64,000 bases of DNA, from assembly GCA_012295275.1 (NCBI GenBank), contig CM022668.1:15500001-15564000 (forward strand), written 5' to 3'. Under the pieces are notes generated by a model. The model was not told the origin of the DNA. It saw only the letters and a program-made list of their open reading frames with translations, and ran no database searches. Below are positions 35,662 through 49,443 of the stretch, piece by piece. Origin of the DNA: Chrysomallon squamiferum. Its lineage: Eukaryota; Animalia; Mollusca. The position numbers and the translations under genes are program-made. The first letter of the stretch is position 1. The number at the start of each line of letters is the position of its first letter.

Positions 35662-35668
35662 TATAAAA
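35662..35668 (+). promoter_or_regulatory. TATA box of the ShKT/Sushi/PAN gene
   Basis: TATAAAA about 50 nt upstream of the signal-peptide ATG at 35718. The AT-rich background lowers specificity. Confidence 0.45.
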
Positions 35669-35717
35669 TAATTAGCGACACTTTCGTATTTTTTTAATTT
35701 AGAGCATTTCGTTCACG

Positions 35718-36200
35718 ATGTTTGTCGCAGTGAAAGGTTTAATGTTCTGTGTTGTGTGGGTTCAATTCTGGAGATGTATTCGTAAGTATATATATATATA
35801 TATATATAATATATCTTTAAGGACAGTGCATGGTATAATTTTATTTAATCGTATCTTTCTTATTTATATTTTTGTTGACACCGTAATGAACTATGTTTGA
35901 ATACTTTTGCTTGCTTGAAATAATTTACTTCAAACATGTTATAAATGAAATTACAGTTATTAGATTTAATTTCTTTAATTTTTGCATCTTTCTTTCATTA
36001 ATATCACTATTTATTTGTTTAGTATTACTTTTTAAACATCAATTTACAGATTCATTTTAAAACATTCTAACCGTACATTCTCTCTGTCTTTCTGTACCTG
36101 TCTCTATTTATTTCACTCTTTTACGACTGTATATTTTGTCGTCAGATCTAACCGATAAAAAATACACTACACACAAACAGATCATGAAAACGAAAGAGAT

Positions 36201-36283
<83 letters not shown>

Positions 36284-36570
36284 AAAAACAGTAGAGGCAG
36301 CATATAAAATCTTTCGTCCAGTATCTTGAAAATGTTTTCTTCGTTCAACCAGTGTCGGAGTGTCCGCCTGATCTCTTTGCTAACTGCACAGAAGCCGCTG
36401 TGAACGGGGACTGCGTCGATGAGAAAACAATGGAATGGATGCAGTGTAACTGTCCCACGTCGTGTCAGACGTTCTCGTTGTGCAACGGTAAGACAAACGT
36501 CGACGTTTGTAGTCATCGTGTTCATTAGCACTGGGATAACTTTTCTAAAAAAAAATTATATTTATTTATT

Positions 36571-36614
<44 letters not shown>

Positions 36615-39600
36615 TTTTTTTTTTTTTTTTTAATTCAAAGAAGCTACTTAAATCAGTTGTTATAAACTTAGTGATTAAAATCAGTAGTGGTGTTATTTTG
36701 ATGTGTTATAACTGTGTGTGTGTATTTGTGTGTGTATATATGTGTATGTATATATACACACACACACGCATACACACGTTACCTCTATGGAAACTAATAA
36801 TAACAGTATTAATAAAGGTTAAATAGTTCTAGTATTTTTGAATATCTAATTTTGATTTCTGGTCTATTGTAAATATAGAAGATTGGCTTATTAACTTGAA
36901 GCTGGCCATCAACGGACAAAATCACCGTCTTCAATCATGTGTTTTAGAAAGTTTCAAAAAGTGATTATTGAGATATCAAATGTTAAGGTTCTGTGCTATT
37001 ATTTCCTCCTCTCTGTAGTAATATTACAAATTTTGTTACGTATCCATGAACTATCGAACACCCTGGATAACTTAGAATTAATAGTTGTCGATGTTATTGA
37101 TGTAACAATCAAATTGCTAGTTACGCCTTTTCATTACTTTATAACAAGACATGAAATTTATCTACGTATTTATTAATGAAACAACAATGGTCAATGTTGT
37201 AATGACTTCTATTATTGAATCTGATGTATAACTATCGAATTTCGGAATAGGGTCACGTTTAATTACTCTTTGCATTTTACATTGCTAATATTCTTTATAA
37301 TTTACCTGTATAATATAACCTGGTTATCTTAGAAATTGTACTGAAGTAGCAATATTATATCAGTAGTTGATACTGCTCTTGTAAAAAATGGTATACTGTT
37401 ATTATTAATTGTGTATTTGCGAATTACCGAATTACATTTTAAATTGTTCTGTGTATTATACATTGCTAATATTTCTTTACTAAATATCTGCCTTAATAAA
37501 ATCACTCTGTTGAATTCGTTTATGTATTAATTATTTAATTTTTAAAATATTTATTTTTCAGAAACATTAGGAGACAGAGACTGTAGATGTGCCAAGTTTG
37601 CCTCCGACAACCTCTGCGACACGGAAGCCATCCAAACAGATTGTCCGTACACATGCGCATTAAGAACGGGTAAGGTCTCATTCCACAGTTTTATATTAAT
37701 ATAATTTATGAAAAGTTTATTTATTTATTTATCTATTTTTTTTTTTTTTTTTTTATTGTTCTTTTCATGTTTAATGATCTATTATCGTTCAATGGATTAT
37801 TATCCGCCATCTATTTATTTTTTTTTATCAAATTTTAATTGCGTTATAACATTGCAATTTAATGCTTTCATTTACTCATCTTAAAATAAAAATCGTTTTC
37901 ATGACTGCAAGTTCTACTTTCACCTGTTAGCAGTAAGTGATCATTTATATAAACCCTCTCGTAGAAATGAAAGTACGTTTTTCATAAACCTTGCAGTTCT
38001 GAGCACTGGCTGAAGTGGTGAACAGACAAGCTAAAGTTCTGAGCTGATATTGTGACAGATCACGTTTCCATTCAGTAATCTGTATCCTAGCAACAGCCGA
38101 CTATCATGATGACGGGCATAAGTGTTATTATGATGATTACAATTGTTACTATGTTGTTTTTGTTTTTTCTTTACTACAAGAACTACTACTACTACAACTA
38201 TTATTACTATTACCATTATATTCATCATCATCATCATCATCATCATCATTATTATTGTAATTATTATTATTATTGTTGTTGTTGTTGTTTTCGAAATTGT
38301 TATTGTTCTTTTTTTGTATTCTAGTCGTTTTTGTTGTTAATGTCATTATTATCATTACTATTCTTTTTTCCTTTGTGTTGCTGTTGTTTCCTTCTTCTTC
38401 TTATTATTATTGTTGTTGTTGTTGTTGTTGTTATTATTATTGTTGCCGTTGATGTTGTTGTTGTTGTTGTTATTATTATTGTTGTGCTGTTGTTGTTGTT
38501 GTTGTTATTATTTAATTTACTATTCTAGCAGAAGTTACCTGCGACGACTTGGATCTTCCACCAGTGTGGGAAAACACCTACGTCATTCCCGAGCTTCTTA
38601 CGTACCGTTACCTTGACTACGTCACGTACGTGTGCGTCTCGTGCATGGCGAGCGCTGGCGGCTTGAGGTCAAAGGCCAAACACATCTGTCTGGCTAACGG
38701 GACGTGGATGGCTCACAAAGATTACACAGAACCGGACTGCAGAGGTAAGTAAAACCTCAGTCAAAGCTGACGTAGATTTTGCAACAAAAACATTTTCTAG
38801 ATAAAGGAAGAAGAAGAAGAAGAAGAAGAAGAAGAAAAGGAAAAAGAAGAAGAAGAAAAGGAAGAAGAAGAAAAAGAAGAAGAAGAAAAGGAAGAAGAAG
38901 AAGAAAGAGAAGAAGAAGAAGAAGAAAAAGAAGAAGAAGAAAAGGAAGAAGAAGAAGAAGAAGAAGAAGAAGAAGAAGAAGAAGAAGAAGAAGAAGAAGA
39001 AAAAAAGAAGAAGAAGAAGAAGAAGAAGAAAAGGAAGAAGAAGAAGAAAAAGAAGAAGAAGAAAAGGAAGAAGAAGAAGAAAGAGAAGAAGAAGAAGAAG
39101 AAGAAGAAGAAGAAAAGGAAGAAGAAAGAAGAAGAAGAAGAATATAGTATGTGAAACAAAGTATTCCAATATGAAGGAAACAGATGAATCATATAGTTGT
39201 TCCATAATCATCAAGCACTGACCTGTTTCACTTACTGAACAGACACAAGATATAGGCATTTTAAAGTTACAAATCCCGCACATAGGCACTCCAACACAGT
39301 CCACATCCAAGAGATAGGAATTCCAACACAGTCCTGATAAACAACATAGCCATTCCAAGAGTCTATATCCAAGACAAACTGATTCCCACAAATCCTGATC
39401 CACAACATAGGCATTCCAAAACAGTTATGATCCATCACATGGACGTTCCAACATAGTCCAGATCCAACACACACTAAAAGATCCATTACAAAGGAATTCC
39501 AACACAATGAAAGATCCATCACAAAGGAATTCCAACACAGTAAAAGATAGATCACAAAAGAATTCCAACACAGTGAAAGATACATTAAAAAGGAATTGCA

Positions 39601-42346
39601 ACACACTAAAAGATCCATCACAAAGGAGTTCAACAGAGTGAAAGATCCATTAAAAAAGAATTCCAACACAGTGAAAGATCCATAACAAAGGAATTCAACA
39701 CAGTCAAATATCCGTTACAAAAGAATTCCAACACAGTCAAATATCCATCACAAGGAAATCCAACACAGTGAAAGATTCATCACAAAGGAATTCCAACACA
39801 GTAAAAGATCCATCACAAAAGAAATCCAACACATTGAAGGATCCATCACAAAGAATTCCAACACAGTGAAAGATCATCACAAAGAATTCCAGCACAGTGA
39901 GAGATCCATCACAAAGAAATTCCAACACAGTGAAATATCCATCACAAAGGAATTCAACACAGTGAAAGATCCATTACAAAGGAATTGAACACAGTGAAAG
40001 ATCATCACAAAGGAATTCGACACAGTGAAAGATCCATCACAAAGATCGATCACAAAAGAATTCCAACACAGTGAAAGATCATCACAAAGGAATTCAGCAC
40101 AGTGAAAGATCCATCACAAAGAAATTCCAGCACAGTGACAGATCCATCACAAAGAAATTCCAACACAGTGAAAGATCATCACAAAGGAATTCAGAACATT
40201 GAAGGATCCATCACAAAGAATTCCAACACAGTGAAAGATCATCACAAAGAAATTCCAACACAGTGAAAGATCATCACAAAGAAATTCCAACACAGTGAAG
40301 GATCATCACAAAGGAATTCCGACATAGTGAAAGATCTTCACAAAGGAATTCCAACACAGTGAAAGATCATCACAAAGGAATTCAACACAGTGAAGGATCC
40401 ATCACAAAGAAATTCGAACACAGTGAAATATCCATCACAAAAGAATTCCAACACAGTGAAAGATCATCACCAAGGAATTCAGCACAGTGAAAGATCCATC
40501 ACAAAGGAACTGAACACAGTGAAAGATCCGTCACAAAGAAATTCCAACATAGTGAAAGATCTTCACAAAGGAATTCCAACACAGAGAAAGATCTTCACAA
40601 AGGAATTCCAACACAGTGAAAGATCCATCACAAAGGAATTCCAACACAGTGAAAGATCCATCACAAAGAATTCCAACACAGTGAAATATCATCACAAAGA
40701 AATTCCAACACAGTGAAATATCATCACAAAGAAATTCCAACACAGTGAAAGATCCATCACAAAGAAATTCCAACACAGTGAAAGATCGTCACAAAGGAAT
40801 TCAACACACAGTGAAAGATTCATTACAAAGGAATTCCAACACAGTGAAAGATCCATCACAAAGAATTCTAGCACAGTAAGAGATCCATCACAAAGAAATT
40901 CCAACACAGTGAAAGATCATCACAAAGAAATTCCAACACAGTGAGAAATCCATCACAAAGGAATTCAACAGAGTGAAAGATCATCACAAAGGAATTCAAC
41001 AGAGTGAAAGATCATCACAAAGAAATTCCAACACAGTGAAGGATCCATTACAAAGGAGTTGAACACAGTGAAATATCCATCACAAAGAAATCCAACACAG
41101 TGAAAGATCCATCACAAAGGAATTCCAACACAGTGAAAGATCCATCACAAACAATTCCAACACAGTGAAAGATCCATCACAAACAATTCCAACACAGTGA
41201 GAGATCCATCACAAAGAAATTCAACACAGTGAAAGATCATCACAAAGGAATTCCAACACAGTGAAAGATCATCACAAAGAAATTCCAACACAGTGAGAAA
41301 TCCATCACAAAGAAATTCCAACACAGTGAAAGATCATCACAAAGAAATTCCAACACAGTGAGAAATCCATCACAAAGAAATTCCAACACAGTGAAAGATC
41401 CATTACAAAGGAATTCCAACACAGTGAAAGATCCATCACAAAGGAATTCCAACACAGTGAAATATCCATCACAAAGAAATTCCAACACAGTGAAAGATCA
41501 TCACAAAGGAATTCAGCACAGTGAAAGATCTTCACAAAGGAATTGAACACAGTGAAAGATCCATCACAAAGAAATTGAACACAGTGAAAGATCCATCACA
41601 AAAGAAATCCAACACAGCTAAAGATCCATGACATAGGAATTCCAACACAATTAAATATCCGTCAGAAAGTAATTACAACACAGTGAAAGATCCATCACAA
41701 ACGAATTACAACACAGTGAAAGATCATCACAAAGGAATTCAGCACAGTGAAAGATCCATTACAAAGGAACTGAACACAGTGAAAGATCCATCACAAAGAA
41801 ATTCCAACACAGTGAAAGGTCGATCACAAAAGAATTCCAACACAGTAAAAGATCTATCAGAAAGGAATTCCAACACAATTAAAGATCCATTACAAAAGAA
41901 TTCCAACACAGTAAAAGATCTATCAGAAAGGAATTCCAACACAATTAAAGGTCTTTTACATATTCATTCCAATGAAACAAATGATTTGTGTATATATATA
42001 TATATATGTATATATCTTGAAGACTTTCATGTTAAATTTTTGTTGAAATTTTCTATAATGATTATTATTATGTATTTTTTCCAGTGATTTGTAAGGATGA
42101 CATTGAAGACTGTGAGGAAAGCTGGCAGTTCTGTTACTACGGCTCTCGTCTGACTGCCATGTGGGAAGGGTGTGCAGAAACCTGTCAAGTGCCTGCAATG
42201 TGCAACGGTGAGATTTCAGATTTTAGTAATATTATTATTTGTATTGGTTATAGTTGTTGTTGTTGTTGTTGGTGTTATTGTTACTGTTATTATTATTATT
42301 ATTGTTATTGTTATTGTTATTGTTATTGTTATTGTTATTGTTATTA

Positions 42347-42396
<50 letters not shown>

Positions 42397-44305
42397 GTTA
42401 TTAATATTGTTAATATTACATTATTATTATAATTTATGCCAATCAGATATTTCAACAAAAACAAAATTAAATAATTTACTATTTGCCCCAAAAATCTATA
42501 AAATATAAAGCGTTGTCTAAGTAATTTTTTATTAGTACTATATTTTATTTATTTATTTATCTTAATTGTATTTTGTTTTATTTTCCACCAAACATAACCT
42601 ACTATAAATATCATGCTTGTTTACCGGCAAAGACTGGTTATCAGTAACAACTAAACTTGAAAGCTCGAAAAAAGAAACTTAGGCTATTTGTTTGTGTAAT
42701 TAAAATCACAATGCTTTAAATTTTGAAGTTTTTTTTCATCATTTACTTAGTTTAATCATTTACACAGATGGAGAAGGAGAGGAAACCTGTTTGTGCGGCC
42801 AGCACGTGAAAAGTGGTCTGTGCGAAACCAATCAGACTGTACACGATTCTGTTTGTCCTGTCACGTGCCACAGGCGCGACAGTGAGTTTTTTGTTTTATA
42901 GAACTTACATACAGATGTATGTATGTATGTATGAACACACACATATACACGCATACGCACACAAGCAAATAAATATATGAAAATATGTACAAACGTTCAC
43001 AAATAAATGTACACAAATATACGTACGTACAGACAGACATACATACAAATACATATGAAAAAGTACATACATGCATTATCTGTCTGTCTGTCTGTCTATC
43101 AGTCAATCTTTCTGTCTGTCTATAATGTATTTACATATACATAATAATATCAATACTACTACTACTAATAATAAAATGATAATAATGATAATAATAACAG
43201 TAATAATAGCAATAATAAGAATTAAAATAATAATATAATAATAACAATAACAAGAATAACAATAATAATAATAACTACAGTAATAATAATAATAATAATA
43301 ATAACAAGAATAATAATAATAATATAATAATAACAACAATAACAACAGCAACAACAAAAATAACAATAATGATAATAATAATAAAACAACAACAACAATA
43401 ATAATAATAATAATAACAACAACAAACAACAACAGTAATAATACTACTACTAATAATAACAATAATAATAACAACAACAACAACAACAACAACAGTAATA
43501 ATAGTAACAACAACAATAATACTAATACTAATTATTATTTTCAGCTATAACATGTATTGAACCTGAATCGTACCCACATGCAAGCCCTTCAGATGACAGA
43601 CGATATTTCGCTACACTGAACTACACCTGTGACCCGGGGTACGTAAACGTGGGTGGGGCAGGGACCCGGTACTGCACGCTGAATGGATCGTGGGTAGTAG
43701 ACGCAGGGGAGACTGGTGACACACCTAACTGTCAGTGTAAGTTTTAGATTAAAAAAAAAAATAATAATAATTACTAGGATCAGAAAGTTGATGTATGGAT
43801 TACTATTGTATGACATTATATAAGCAGAAACACACTTTCAGTGGTCGAGCTGGAGTAGTGGTAGAGGTGGTGGTAGTAGCAGTAGTAGTAGTAGTAGTAG
43901 CTATAGCAGTAGCAATAACAGTAGTAGTAGCTATAGCAGTAGAAATAACAGTAGTAGTAGTCGTAGTTGTATTAACAGTAGTAGTAGTAGTAGCAGCAGC
44001 AGTATTAGTAGTACTAGTAGTAGTAGTAGTAGCAATAGTAGTAGCAGTGGTAGTAGCAGCTGAAGTAGTAGTAGTAGTAGTAGCAGCAATAGTAGTAGTA
44101 GTAGCAATAGTAGTAGTAGTAGCTATAGCAGTAGCAATAACAATAGTAGTAGTCGTAGTTGTAGAACAGTAATAGTAGTAGTGATGGTGGTAGTACTAAC
44201 ATCATCAACAACAACAACAGCAGTAATAGCAGTTGCAGCAGTAGAACCAGCAGTAGTATAGTAGTAGCAGCAGCAGTAGTAGTAGTACTAGTAGTGGTAG
44301 TAGTG

Positions 44306-44345
<40 letters not shown>

Positions 44346-44471
44346 AGATTAGCTCGTATCTGGTTTTGATATTAAGAAATAAAAACAGAAAAAGAAGGGT
44401 GGGCATTCAGAGAGAAATGTTATCATAAATTAATTTTTATATTTGTTTCTTCTTAATTTTATTTATTTATT

Positions 44472-44537
<66 letters not shown>

Positions 44538-44789
44538 GCAGTATCGAAACCATCATTTGTGTCGACAATATTTACAAAGATGACTTTTTCAGAAGCGAAC
44601 GTAAAGATGGAGTACTTGTATGACGTCACGGCTCAGTCTGTTCTGACTTGTGCGCAGCGCTGTTTGTACGATATTGATTGTACCCATTTTCTTTTCAAAC
44701 GAACTTCTACCAAATGTACACTCTTTAACACGAATGGTTTTAATGTAATTAATGTTACATCGACTGTTATTTGGAAAAAAAAATACTAG
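35718..44789 (+). CDS. Secreted cysteine-rich mosaic protein: signal peptide-[ShKT-ShK-like-Sushi/CCP]x2-PAN/apple, ~399 aa, 8 exons
   Basis: Exons 35718-35781 (MFVAVKGLMFCVVWVQFWRCI), 36353-36487 (CPPDLFANC...DC...WMQCNCPTSCQTFSLC), 37562-37669 (DCRC...LC...DCPYTC), 38529-38744 (sushi: TC..PP..N..YxC..C..NGTW..PDC), 42085-42207 (CKDDIEDC..FC..MWEGCAETCQVPAMC), 42768-42881 (CLC..LC..VCPVTC), 43545-43736 (sushi: NYTCDPGY..RYCTLNGSW..PNC) and 44542-44789 (PAN: SVLTCAQRCLYDIDCTHFLF..KCTLF). All seven introns are phase-1 GT-AG; 1200 nt in frame. Confidence 0.85.
38807..39141. repeat. (GAA)n pure-purine tract, ~335 bp
   Basis: Only A and G on the + strand; GAA triplets with AAA/GGA interruptions. 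Confidence 0.95.
39480..41955. repeat. ~33-bp minisatellite, ~75 copies, in intron 4 of the ShKT/Sushi/PAN gene
   Basis: Consensus CCAACACAGTGAAAGATCCATCACAAAGGAATT, head-to-tail with 32-34 bp variants and no spacers. Decayed copies extend back to ~39250. Confidence 0.95.
43140..44345. repeat. Compound trinucleotide tracts (AAT/AAC at 43140-43520; GTA/GCA at 43855-44345) flanking the second sushi exon
   Basis: Imperfect triplet runs read directly from the sequence. Confidence 0.85.
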
Positions 44790-44870
44790 GTATACATAAA
44801 ATAATTGATAAGAAAGACAATAACACACACACATACACGTATGTATGTATGTATATGTGTGTATATATGT

Positions 44871-44966
<96 letters not shown>

Positions 44967-45202
44967 TTAAATATAAAATAAATAAATAAATAAATAAAAT
45001 AAAACAAAACAAAAGATTAGAGTGGGACATTTGGATTCCTGTTGAATATTATTTTGTAATCTTTAAAGATGTGAGGTATATGTTAGTATATAATAATTAA
45101 TTACTGAAATAATTATATAACTAATCTTACGGTGCATGTTGCTTGAATATCATGTAACTATGTTTTTAATGAAGGAACAACAACAACAACAACAACGACA
45201 AC

Positions 45203-45247
<45 letters not shown>

Positions 45248-45594
45248 TATTATTATTTTTGTTTTTATTGCTACTGTTCTCTTGTTTAATTTAAAAAGGA
45301 ACGGAAAGAAATAAGGAAGTCATTTTAGTTATACGTCACATACACGACAGGCTACTAACCAAATCTGATCCGTGTATTTTGTAATTTAAATAATAACTTA
45401 CCTCGTTTTGACGAAACAACGTTCTTCTGTAGTTAACAATCACAAAATATATATATATATATAAATATATATCACAGGTGCAGTTTTAATATATATATAT
45501 ATATATATATATAGTTTTAATAAATCCTGGTGCAGTTTTAATAAATCATCGATTCAATCCTATAACCATTTGTAATTCGTTCCAGTCAAACATT

Positions 45595-45730
45595 GTTTTG
45601 GAATGACGTCATCATAATGCCATATCCCAGCAACAGTAAAAGCCGGGCCGTCCCTCTGCAAAATACGCATGCGCAGCTGTTGATTTACACGTTTGCCATG
45701 CGCATTAGATCAAATATGGCCGTGTTCGTT
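45595..45730. promoter_or_regulatory. Orphan promoter-like CpG-rich island (CRE, NRF1-like, YY1-like)
   Basis: TGACGTCA at 45604-45611; ACGCATGCGCA at ~45665-45675; CATGCGCAT at ~45697-45705; CAAATATGGCCG at 45711-45722. Confidence 0.55.
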
Positions 45731-46211
45731 TGTTGTAAAGTAAAATGTACCTAACCAAAACTTGAACTGTACAGTCTGAAATGATTTCAGTGGCACAAGG
45801 CAAACGGCAAGCTTTTATTCTTTTTAAACAAGATTTAGGCTGCTTTGTTGACAGTCAATAACAGTACTTAGAAAACAGGGTATTTCCGTTGGTAACGAGT
45901 TTCAGTTTCTTGAAGTGAGTTTAACGTAGTAATTCTTGTGCATTTGTAAAATAAAAACAAACAAATGAAATAAAAATAAGATTTAATCTAAGACAAAGAT
46001 CAACAAAATTTATGACAATAAAATAAAGTATAAATTATCTAAACATTTATTAAAAATTTTCTATTAATAACATTTTGTTGACTAGTTTTGCTTTTGAAGA
46101 ATTTCAGCAGTTTCATTTTATGGACGGAATATTATTTAGACTAATCACTGTATACGACAGAAATGATTGCTAGGCATAATTTATTTTTCCTTCTTCTAAT
46201 ACTTTCGATTT

Positions 46212-46214
<3 letters not shown>

Positions 46215-46265
<51 letters not shown>
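46215..46265. repeat. (TG)n microsatellite
   Basis: Perfect dinucleotide run. Confidence 0.95.
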
Positions 46266-46267
<2 letters not shown>

Positions 46268-48190
46268 CAAAAGTAATACAAGTTTTATGTGTAGAATTAA
46301 ATGTGAGAGACTTTAACAGTTTCAAGGTCAGTTATCTAAACGTTATGTTTTGTAGGTTAGACTATACTCCTTCTAAGCATCTTATCTGTGTGAAAAGCTA
46401 CATGAAAAATCATGTCAAAATTGTTAGTAAAAAACAATAGTGAAATATAAATATCAGCAGTTTATAATGGACAGACATACATTTTAATTTTTAATTTTTA
46501 TGATTAATTCAAAAAAAAAAAAAAAAAAAAAAAAGAAACAAGTATGAATTTGGATTAACAAACAGATGTTTAACAACCAGCAAATTAAATGTTATTGTTA
46601 CAAATGCATAAACATGGGAAAATATTATATTTAATATTTTCTGAAATATATTTAGATACATATATACATGTATGTGTATAATTTCATAAATTCATTTACA
46701 ACCATTGTTTATTTTCATATATATTAAAATGTACTAATATTTACAAAGAATTAATCTAAAAAGTGTGTATATAATGAAGAAAATAAACACAACTTTTACA
46801 AAGTGAACTGCAGGGGTTATTCTAAGGGGTGTGGTTGGGCATAAACCTTTGCTTGGTTTGACTGATCTCTTCTGTATTTATTTTTAAATTAATTATACAT
46901 TTAGCTCACTCTAGTTAAAATATCTGGATGTGGCCCAGGCTATATGATTGTCATTTTGGTGCAATTTATTTATTTATTTATGCATTCATTTATAAAATCA
47001 TGATTAATCATTCAATAAAACAATAAAAACATTTTAAAAAGTGAATTATAAATAAATCTATCACTCCATTTCTTTCACACAAACACATATAAAAATAAAT
47101 ACACAAACTTACAGTAATAATTATACCCAATTCAGTTTCAATTTTTAACAAATTATATTAGACATTTTATTCAGTGGTGTTCCTTGTATTAAAATATGAA
47201 TGTTAAACACACAGTTAATGGCACAATGTAGAAATATATCACAATGATAAAACATGAATGTAAATATCACAGTAAATGTGTAAAATTGTGATTTAAAAAA
47301 ACAGAGTCAGTGAACATAAATGGATTGTGTTTAAAATATTTTGTGTCAAGTATGAATCTTTAAACTTTAAATTAGTTGTGTATAGTTGTGAGTGTGTTTG
47401 TGTGTGTGTGTGTGTCTGCATGCATAATTCTGTATATAATGTAGTTGTTTTGCATCTATATGTGTGGGTCCATGTGTGTATACTTTAACTTAGTCTTGTT
47501 TACATTTATTATAAAATTATTTACCTTTGTTATTTAAAACTGTAAAAATATTACATGGATATCAAAATTTAAATAAAACAAAACTTGAAATTCATTGTAA
47601 CAATAATAGAAATATGTATGAATTATTTACATAATTTATTTTATATTTTTTTTGTTTATTTAAAATGTTACTTTGATTTTTATTGTTTAGTGTCAGCTTT
47701 AGTTTTGGGAGTAGGAACTGGGTTTCACTTCATTTCTTTTCAAACAGGCCACTAGAAAATAAAAGCTGAATTAATGAAACCCATGAAAAATTGTCATAAT
47801 TATTAGACTGGTTGATGCAGGGTCATGTTAAACATTCATCTACCAGCAAATTTTATTTTTGTTTTGATTCCATTCTTTGATAAAAAAAAATAATAAAAAA
47901 AAAATAAAAGAAATCTTTATCATTCTTCAAATACATTTGTTATACAAAAAGTCAAATAGATTTCTTTTTTTTTGAATAACAGCCATTTTCTTACCAACCT
48001 CCTCAACAATCGTTGGTTGGTAACCTTAGAAACGGCAGGTCAATGATGTATTTTATTTTCCTCCACCATAAAATCCAAAACAGAGCAAGCCCCCAAACTC
48101 TGTTTTCTTTGTAAACTTTGAGTAACCTTCAATCTTTTTCTAGATTTCTGAATCTGGTATCTTTGTGCTGAATGATTAAGTGTTTTTGTT

Positions 48191-49319
48191 TCAGGTCTGT
48201 AAGATGTTTTTGATTGTTGAGTTTGTGTCACCACTGGAGCTGTGACTAGATATGACTTTTCCCGTGTAATGTGCTTCTGTCTCTTTTATTTCTGTCGAGC
48301 GTTTGTACAACTTGGCAGCAGTCTCAAAGTCTTTCTGTAAAAAGTGAATAAAAAAATAAAAAAATAATAAATAAAGAAAACAAAAATTAAAAAAAAAAAG
48401 TAAGTAAAACAAATAAATGTATAAAATAAGTTAAGTAAACCAATAAATAAAATAAGTAAGTGAATAAGTAATTAATAAAGAATATAAAATAAATAAATTT
48501 AACAAGATAAGTAATTAAAAAATATATAAAATAAAATAAAAAAAAATTAAAATAAAATAAATAAAGAAATAAATAAGGAAATAATTTACTAAGTAAATAA
48601 AATAATAGAGTAAAAAGTAATTAAATAAATAAATAAAAAAACAATTAAATAGTAATAAATAAAAAAACAAGTAAATAAATAAAATAAATGAGAAAATTAA
48701 TTAATTAGTAAATAAAAGTAAAATAATAAAACAAATTAAAATAAAGAAGGAGAAAATTAATTAGTAAATAAATAATTAAATAAAACATAAATAAATAAGT
48801 AATTAAAAGAATAAGTATGTAATATAACATAATTTTTTTTATAAAAACAGCATAACATAACATTTTATTTAGACTGGAGTAAAACTCAAAAAAGTTTCTA
48901 TAATAACTAAACAAAAATGAAAACAACACATAAATCAACATAATAAACTAACACACAAATATACACTTTACTTAAAACAGTTTCTAATAAATATCCTCAC
49001 ACACTCTGTACATCGCTAACTCCAAACAACGACAATTAAACCAAACTGAAGCTGATAGTGATTTTAAACAGCTAAACATGTTTAAGGATGTGATTAATTT
49101 TGTTATTAAAAATGTGGTTTTTTAAAAAACTCACCATTTCATATTTCATCACAGCCAGATTTCTCAGTGTCTCTGCTACAGTTACATGCTGTGGACCAAA
49201 ACTTTCCTCGTAAATCTTCAGAGCTTGTTCATACAGCGGTTCTGCCTCCCTGAATCTGTTCTGTAGTAACAACAACAACAACAACAACAATAACAACAGT
49301 AATAATAATAATAGTAGTA

Positions 49320-49370
<51 letters not shown>

Positions 49371-49388
49371 GTAATAGTATTAGTAGTA

Positions 49389-49443
<55 letters not shown>

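Noticed and set aside
38669-39403. Poly-Arg/Glu, poly-Phe and poly-Ser ORFs
   Set aside because: Translations of the (GAA)n tract.
39480-41955. 33-bp repeats resembling a CRISPR array, and repeat-derived ORFs (e.g. 39232..39669, 40390..40716, 41683..42087)
   Set aside because: Units are contiguous with no unique spacers, there are no cas genes, and the array lies in a eukaryotic intron. Frequent 1-nt indels break the frames.
42172-44406. Poly-Leu/Ile/Val/Tyr/Thr ORFs (also at 33878-34112, 38031-38616, 49072-49994, 52970-53407, 56356-57280, 63397-63668)
   Set aside because: Trinucleotide microsatellites. Only the embedded true exons listed in the features are supported.
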